From NCBI GenBank assembly GCA_049472315.1, contig JBLIRN010000076.1, forward strand, positions 1 through 12,770: a stretch of DNA of 12,770 nt. The letters run 5' to 3'. The notes under the pieces are model-generated. The model was given only the letters and a program-made list of their open reading frames with translations. It was not told the DNA's origin and searched no databases. The translations under genes were made by a program, and so were the position numbers. The DNA is from a bacterium (GTDB taxonomy: Bacteria; SZUA-182; DTGQ01; JAFGSM01). Below, piece by piece: positions 7,391-12,770 of the stretch (position 1 is the first letter of the stretch; every line of letters begins with the position of its first letter).

Positions 7391-8182
7391 CTAACGAGGT
7401 GAGCGGTGACGATGCCCCCCTCCGGGCTGCCCCCCCCTCTCCATAGGGGAAGGCCTGACACGTCTATGATTTTGTCTTCGACGAAGGCCTTCCTCCATCC
7501 CTCTTCCGCTTGTGATATTGGAAAGGAGGATATCCTTTATCTCCTCATCGGAGATCCCTCTTTCCCGCGCCTTACTCACCGCCAGGGGAATCCCTCTACT
7601 CGGCTTTGTGTAAATACCGTGTTCCAGGCCTGTTCGGACGATCTCCATGGCATGGGCAGGGGAAAATCCCAGGCCCTTGAAGGTGGCCAGGTCCTGAGAC
7701 GCATTGGCCAGGTTTACGGAACGAGGCGTGGGCGCATAACGGCTCAATGCCTCCAATTCCTGAGCGGAAACCCCTCTGGAGATGGATTCGCCCAAAACAA
7801 TCAGGGATTGTTCCCGTTGGGAGGCCGGTTCCTTCTCCGGGTCACCGAGCTGATTCAGCATTGTCCGGGCCATCCGAAAATCGTGGAGCATCCCTTCCAA
7901 TACATTGATAATAGTAGAAGAAGGGGCCCTTTTGGCCATGCCCTCCAATGCCTTATTGAGTAAGGGTTCGAAAGGAATACCCTGGGCATCCGCCTGACGG
8001 GCGATATTGAGTATCGTGCTCACGTCCTCATCGGGGATATCTTGCCGGGAGGCACCTTCCACCAGCTTCTGCCATTTTTCCGTCTCCGTGATGACCTCCC
8101 CCCGGGCAGGCCTGTATCCCGGCAGGCAGACCAGGGAAAAAAGAAACATCATGACCATGATGGTGGAATGTCTTTTATTCAT
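7391..8182 (-). CDS. Secreted or periplasmic alpha-helical repeat hypothetical protein with Arg/Gly/His-rich tail
   Basis: 263 aa with a purine-rich SD (GAGGAAGGGG) and an N-terminal signal peptide. Helix-cap units of the form G(I/V/F)(S/P)xxx(L/I/A) recur. It starts 33 bp downstream of the anti-sigma gene. Confidence 0.8.
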   Translation of the reverse strand: MNKRHSTIMVMMFLFSLVCLPGYRPARGEVITETEKWQKLVEGASRQDIPDEDVSTILNIARQADAQGIPFEPLLNKALEGMAKRAPSSTIINVLEGMLHDFRMARTMLNQLGDPEKEPASQREQSLIVLGESISRGVSAQELEALSRYAPTPRSVNLANASQDLATFKGLGFSPAHAMEIVRTGLEHGIYTKPSRGIPLAVSKARERGISDEEIKDILLSNITSGRGMEEGLRRRQNHRRVRPSPMERGGQPGGGHRHRSPR

Positions 8183-8215
8183 TGTTACCCCTTCCTCAAT
8201 AAAAAAGGGTGATGG

Positions 8216-8911
8216 TCATATCTCCCGGATGACCTCCACGATACTGTTTCTGTGGCCGAAACCATCCGAACGGGAAGCCACGGCGCCCGGGTCTGTCACC
8301 CACTCGCTTTGATCCACCACGAACATGTATTCATACTGTCCGGGTTTCAGCATCAGGGTAATGGACCACACCGGCCCGCCCCCCGTATTGACCAACCGGA
8401 ATTGTTCGTCAATCTCCCAATCATTGAAATTGCCTGCCAGGTGGACGGACTTTGCCATAGACCGATAAAAGACGAACCGCGTGGGGATCGGTTGGTTCTC
8501 AAGATCCGCAATCTGCTGCTTCAATTGATCGACCTGCAGCCGAGCCCTGTGAAGCTGAAGATACTGCCAGGTGGCTCCGGCGGTTATCAGCACAACCAGC
8601 GAGAAAACCAGAGACCATTTCCACACCGGGTTCAGACGCAGATCCATGAGGGATGCGACCCGATGTAGGGCCTTCTGTTCAACCCCCATCCTTTTTTCTT
8701 CGATCCGTGCCATCACCCTTTCGGTAAAGCCGTCAGGCGGCTGCACCGCAGGAGACCCTTTCAAGAGTGATACGGTCCTTTCAAAGGAGGCCTTTTCCTC
8801 GGCCAATGCCTTATTTTCCCGGCACTTTTCCTCAAGAAGACGTTTGGCTTCCGGGGTCGCCTCCCGATCCAAAACATCAAGGATCAATTTCTTGAAGCCC
8901 TTTTTTTTCAT
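8216..8911 (-). CDS. Transmembrane anti-sigma factor with C-terminal CBM48/AMPK1_CBM (glycogen-binding, early-set) domain
   Basis: ATGA overlap with the sigma stop (8908-8911). The N-terminal anti-sigma-like domain ends in PPDGFTERVMARI. One TM (WSLVFSLVVLITAGATW) and a short coiled coil follow, then VHLAGNFNDW...LKPGQYEYMFVVDQSEWVTDP...DGFGHRNSI. Confidence 0.85.
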   Translation of the reverse strand: MKKKGFKKLILDVLDREATPEAKRLLEEKCRENKALAEEKASFERTVSLLKGSPAVQPPDGFTERVMARIEEKRMGVEQKALHRVASLMDLRLNPVWKWSLVFSLVVLITAGATWQYLQLHRARLQVDQLKQQIADLENQPIPTRFVFYRSMAKSVHLAGNFNDWEIDEQFRLVNTGGGPVWSITLMLKPGQYEYMFVVDQSEWVTDPGAVASRSDGFGHRNSIVEVIREI

Positions 8912-9495
8912 CCCTTTTTCTCCGTTTCCATTAAAAGGGTGCGGAGTTTTTCAATCCCTCTGTGGACCCTCACCTTAGCCAGACTCAAAGAAATGTTCAG
9001 GATCTCGGCAATCTCCAGATAGGACAATTCCTCCTGGTATCGCAAAATAACCGCCGTGCGGTATTCCTCCGGAATCTGTCTCAAAAGTTGATCAATGAGT
9101 GCCTGTTCCCTTTTCTTTTCAATCCGTTTCTCTCCCTCAGCCAATCTTCCGGTTGACGGCCTATCAAAATGCTCCACTTCATATCTCGCCTGGGGCCCCT
9201 CCCAATGACCTGCCTCCCGGCTGCGTTCCCTCCTTTTCAACTCGTTGATGGTCACATTGGTGCAAATGGTATACAACCAGGTAAAAAAACTCCTCTTCCG
9301 ATCGAATCGATGGAGGTTTTCATAGGCCCGTACAAAGGCCTCCTGGGCCATATCCTCCGCCATATCCCTGTCGTGGCTCAGGCGATAGGCCAGATTGAAT
9401 AACGCACCTTTGTAACGCTCCACCAGGACCCTGAAGGATCCGGTATCTCCCTTTAGGGTCGCTTCAGCGAGAAGACTGTCATTTGAATCGGCCAT
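8908..9495 (-). CDS. ECF-family RNA polymerase sigma factor (sigma-70 group 4)
   Basis: 195 aa. Region 2 reads AEDMAQEAFVRAY...FFTWLYTICTN. Region 4 reads IPEEYRTAVILRYQEELSYLEIAEILNISLSLAKVRVHRG. Confidence 0.95.
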   Translation of the reverse strand: MADSNDSLLAEATLKGDTGSFRVLVERYKGALFNLAYRLSHDRDMAEDMAQEAFVRAYENLHRFDRKRSFFTWLYTICTNVTINELKRRERSREAGHWEGPQARYEVEHFDRPSTGRLAEGEKRIEKKREQALIDQLLRQIPEEYRTAVILRYQEELSYLEIAEILNISLSLAKVRVHRGIEKLRTLLMETEKKG

Positions 9496-9561
9496 ATCCG
9501 CCCACAGGGTATACTATTCTTGCTCCTTTTCCTTCGATATGGTTGTCTTTCATTTCTGTCA

Positions 9562-9591
9562 GTTATACAAACAAACCCCAAAAAGGTTACA
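9562..9591 (-). promoter_or_regulatory. Putative autoregulatory ECF promoter
   Basis: Minus strand TGTAACC-TTTTTGGGGTTTGTT-TGTATAAC, about 66 bp upstream of the sigma ATG. It has the typical ECF -35 AAC core and a GTA-type -10. Confidence 0.75.
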
Positions 9592-9615
9592 CCCTTTCTC
9601 ATGTCGAAGCATTTT

Positions 9616-9984
9616 TTATTCCACGACCAGTATCGAATTTCTATGTCCGAAGCCATCCCTGATGGTCAATTCCGATCCGGGGTCCGGGATCCAGACCGTG
9701 TGATCGATGACAAACATGTATTGATATCTGCCCTTGGGAAGGGGAACCACAATGCGCCATTCTCCCTCCGTATTTTCGGACAGGACATGGGTCGTGGGGT
9801 CCCAGTGGTTGAAGGAGCCCGCAATACTGACCCGTTCTGCGTTCGGATAGGACAGCCGGAAAAGTATCCCCGAAGATACCGAAAGCGGCCCGGATGGGGA
9901 CACCATGGAACCCGCACAGCCTGCGGATATCAACAGCACAGTTACCAAGAAGAATAAAGACAGGTCTCTGAAATGGGTGAACAT
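9616..9984 (-). CDS. Lipoprotein with a single CBM48/AMPK1_CBM glycogen-binding domain
   Basis: A hydrophobic stretch ends in the lipobox-like ISAG/C. The domain reads VSIAGSFNHW...LPKGRYQYMFVIDHTVWIPDP...DGFGHRNSILVV. Confidence 0.85.
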   Translation of the reverse strand: MFTHFRDLSLFFLVTVLLISAGCAGSMVSPSGPLSVSSGILFRLSYPNAERVSIAGSFNHWDPTTHVLSENTEGEWRIVVPLPKGRYQYMFVIDHTVWIPDPGSELTIRDGFGHRNSILVVE

Positions 9985-9993
9985 CGTGATTTG

Positions 9994-10023
9994 ATTATAT
10001 CAGGTGAGATGTTTTAGAGCCAA
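9994..10023 (-). promoter_or_regulatory. Putative sigma70 extended -10 promoter of the CBM lipoprotein
   Basis: Minus strand TGATATAAT (10002-9994), only 9 nt before the ATG. A weak TTGGCT lies 18 bp upstream of the hexamer. Confidence 0.4.
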
Positions 10024-10111
10024 TCACCAAATGTGGTTAAAGCCCGGCCAAGGGGTGGCCCTGCAATTCAACATACGATCCCCCCCTTTCCTTCGGATCC
10101 CTTTCCTTTTC

Positions 10112-12770
10112 CTATCTCACGAGCATCTCCGCGAGGACCTGGCCGGTGTACGATGAGGGGATGCGGCTGACCTCCTCGGGGGTGCCTGCTGCCACCACCT
10201 CCCCTCCCTGGTCCCCTCCCTCGGGGCCGAGGTCGAGGATGTAGTCGGCGGTCTTGATGGTGTCCGGATTGTGCTCGATGATGACCACGGTATTCCCTGC
10301 GTCCACCAGGCGGTTGAGCACCGCGAGGAGTCGGGTGATGTCCTCGAAGTGAAGGCCGGTGGTGGGCTCATCGAGCAGGTAGAGGGTCCTTCCCGTGCTC
10401 CTTCGGGCAAGTTCCCTGGAGAGCTTGATGCGCTGCGCCTCCCCCCCGGAAAGGGTGGTCGCGGGCTGTCCCAGCTTGATGTATCCGAGCCCCACATCCA
10501 CCAGGGTCTGGAGGATGCCGGTGATCCTGGGATGGTAGGCGAACAGGGGCATGACCTCCTCCACGGTCATGTCCAGGATCTGGGCGATGTTCATCCCCTT
10601 GTAAGTGATGCGCAGGGTGGATTCGTTGAACCGGGTGCCGTGGCAGACCTCGCAGGGCACATACACGTCGGGTAGAAAGTGCATCTCCACCTTGACCATC
10701 CCATCCCCGGAACAGGCCTCGCACCGCCCCCCCTTCACGTTGAAGCTGAACCGCCCCTTGCGGTACCCGGCGATCTTCGCATCCCGCTGCCGGGCAAAGG
10801 CCTCCCTGATCGGGTCGAACACCTTCACATAGGTGGCGGGATTGGAGCGGGGGGTGCGGCCTATGGGATTCTGGTCCACGTAGATCACCTTGTCCAGATG
10901 CTCCAGCCCGGCGATCTCCCGGTATTTCCCGGCGGTCATGCGCGCTGCGTGAAGATGGTTCGCCAGGGCCGGATACAGGGTCTGCCTGATCAGCGAGCTC
11001 TTTCCCGCGCCGGACACCCCGGTCACAAAGCAGAGCACCCCCAGGGGAATGGATGCCTCGATCCCCTTGAGGTTATTCTCCTCCACCCCTCGGATGGTGA
11101 GCCACCCCTTCGGGGGCCGGCGGGAAGCAGGCACCGTGATCCGCCGCCTGCCCGCAAGATACTCGCCGGTAAGGGATTCCGGATGGTTGACGATCTCGGC
11201 AGGCGTTCCGGAAAAGATGATCTCCCCACCGTGCAGGCCGGCACCGGGGCCGAAATCGATGACGTGATCCGCGCTCCGTATGGTCTCCCGGTCATGCTCC
11301 ACTACGATGAGTGAATTACCGATATCCCTCAGGTGGAAAAGGGCGGCAAGGAGCTTGCGGTTGTCCCGCTGGTGGAGCCCGATGCTCGGCTCGTCCAGCA
11401 CGTAGAGCACCCCGGTGAGCTCGGTGCCCATCTGGCTTGCCAGGCGCAGCCTCTGGGACTCCCCGCCGGAAAGCGAGGGGCCGGAGCGATCCAGGGAGAG
11501 GTAGCCGAGGCCGACATTCAGGAGGAAGCGTACCCGCGAGCGCAGTTCCTTGATCAACTCCTCGGCGATCAGCGCCTGGCTCCCCCCGAACCGAACGGCC
11601 TGGAAGTACTCGTCCAGCCGGTCGATGCTCATGGCGGTAAGCTCGGGAAGCGTCCTCTCCGCCACCCTGACGCTTCGTGCCTCAGGACGCAGCCTGGTGC
11701 CCTGGCATGCGGAGCAGGGGATGCTGCTCATGTACTGCTCATAGCGGATCTTTTGCGACTCCGAGGTGGTCTGCTTCATCCGGCGCATGAGCGTGGGGAT
11801 GACCCCCTCGTGCCGGGTGGTATAATCCAGTTTGAACTTTGGTCCGTCATACCTCACCATGAACTCCTGGTCCCCGGCTCCGTAGAGAATGGCGTGCTGC
11901 TGCTCGGGGGGAAGCTCGCCGAATGGTGTGTCCAGGTCGATCTTGAGATCGCGGGCAATGGAGGCGAGGATCTGGTATCCCCAGCCCGTCCTGTTCTTCA
12001 TGGAAAATCCCGCCGCTTCCAGGGCGCCTTCATTGATTGATTTGGAAGGATCGGGCACCACCAGGGTGGGATCGATCTCCGCACGTCTGCCCAGGCCGTT
12101 ACACTCCCTGCACATCCCCTGGGGGCTGTTGAAGGAGAAGAGCTGGGGCGAGAGTTCGGGGTAGCTTATGCCACACACATCGCAGGCCAAATGTTCGCTG
12201 AAGGGGAGGTCCCGGGAAGGAGCGCCATCCCCGAGGCAGGAGACCACGAGTTGCCCCCTGCCCACGCGCAGGGCGATCTCCGCGGAATCGGTCAGCCGCT
12301 CCGCCCGGTCGGGGGACACCACCAGCCGGTCCACCACCACCTCGATGGTATGCTTCCGGTTCTTGTCCAGGGCCGGGATCTCCGCAAGCTCCAGGATTTC
12401 CCCGTCCACGCGCACGCGCACGAATCCGCCCCGCTGGATCTCCTCGAACAGGTCGCGGAATTCCCCCTTCCGCTGCTGCACCACCGGGGCAAGCAGCAGG
12501 ATCTTCGACCCGTGAGGAAGGCGCAGGATCTCCCTGACGATCTGCTCAGGGGACTGGGCCCCTACCTGGCGCCCGCACTGATAGCAGTACTGGGTGCCCA
12601 GCCGGGCAAAGAGCACCCGGAGGTAGTCGTAGATCTCCGTGAGCGTCCCCACGGTGGAGCGGGGATTCCTGCTCGCCGCCTTCTGCTCGATGGCGATGGT
12701 GGGTGAAAGGCCCCTGATGTAATCGTAGTGGGGCTTTTCCATCTGCCCCAGGAACTGGCGGGCGTAGCTC
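10112..12770 (-). CDS. uvrA: Excinuclease ABC subunit A, 5'-truncated by the window edge
   Basis: The frame is open to the edge (SYARQFLGQMEKP), so the Met at 12742 is internal. UvrA motifs include GLSPTIAIEQK, NPRSTVGT, zinc-finger CxxC pairs, LSGGESQRLRLA, VLDEPSIGLH, GVSGAGKS, PIGRTPRSNPATY, LSGGEAQR and LDEPTTGLH. Confidence 0.98.
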   Translation of the reverse strand, partial: SYARQFLGQMEKPHYDYIRGLSPTIAIEQKAASRNPRSTVGTLTEIYDYLRVLFARLGTQYCYQCGRQVGAQSPEQIVREILRLPHGSKILLLAPVVQQRKGEFRDLFEEIQRGGFVRVRVDGEILELAEIPALDKNRKHTIEVVVDRLVVSPDRAERLTDSAEIALRVGRGQLVVSCLGDGAPSRDLPFSEHLACDVCGISYPELSPQLFSFNSPQGMCRECNGLGRRAEIDPTLVVPDPSKSINEGALEAAGFSMKNRTGWGYQILASIARDLKIDLDTPFGELPPEQQHAILYGAGDQEFMVRYDGPKFKLDYTTRHEGVIPTLMRRMKQTTSESQKIRYEQYMSSIPCSACQGTRLRPEARSVRVAERTLPELTAMSIDRLDEYFQAVRFGGSQALIAEELIKELRSRVRFLLNVGLGYLSLDRSGPSLSGGESQRLRLASQMGTELTGVLYVLDEPSIGLHQRDNRKLLAALFHLRDIGNSLIVVEHDRETIRSADHVIDFGPGAGLHGGEIIFSGTPAEIVNHPESLTGEYLAGRRRITVPASRRPPKGWLTIRGVEENNLKGIEASIPLGVLCFVTGVSGAGKSSLIRQTLYPALANHLHAARMTAGKYREIAGLEHLDKVIYVDQNPIGRTPRSNPATYVKVFDPIREAFARQRDAKIAGYRKGRFSFNVKGGRCEACSGDGMVKVEMHFLPDVYVPCEVCHGTRFNESTLRITYKGMNIAQILDMTVEEVMPLFAYHPRITGILQTLVDVGLGYIKLGQPATTLSGGEAQRIKLSRELARRSTGRTLYLLDEPTTGLHFEDITRLLAVLNRLVDAGNTVVIIEHNPDTIKTADYILDLGPEGGDQGGEVVAAGTPEEVSRIPSSYTGQVLAEMLVR

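Noticed and set aside
10117..12706. Numerous overlapping ORFs within uvrA
   Set aside because: These are shadow ORFs expected in high-GC coding DNA and show no recognisable motifs.
12740..12742. ATG at 12742 as the uvrA start codon
   Set aside because: The frame continues upstream with conserved SYARQFLGQ, and the first Walker A motif is missing, so the true start is outside the window.

Overview
Bacterial chromosomal window, probably from a diderm (Deltaproteobacteria-like by gene content, which is inference only). Almost all genes are on the minus strand. Two housekeeping genes are cut by the window edges: typA/bipA on the left (3' end missing) and uvrA on the right (5' end missing). Next to typA are an MFS transporter and a PHP-family phosphoesterase. 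An AT-rich intergenic region carries four evenly spaced ATACC-N6-GGTAT palindromes in front of a collapsed hipB::hipA/hipT in-frame fusion. The main accessory block (5064-9984) is a seven-gene envelope module. In transcription order it encodes a CBM48/AMPK-type glycogen-binding lipoprotein, an ECF sigma factor, a membrane anti-sigma with a C-terminal CBM48-type domain, a secreted helical-repeat protein, a COG4313/Phenol_MetA_deg-like outer-membrane barrel, a secreted Trp/Pro-rich repeat protein and a small secreted Gln/Thr/Lys-rich repeat peptide. The same ECF-like promoter (TGTAACCTTTTT-N10-TGTATA) lies upstream of both the sigma gene and the Trp-rich gene. This points to an alpha-glucan-sensing ECF system that may drive export of unusual repeat proteins.
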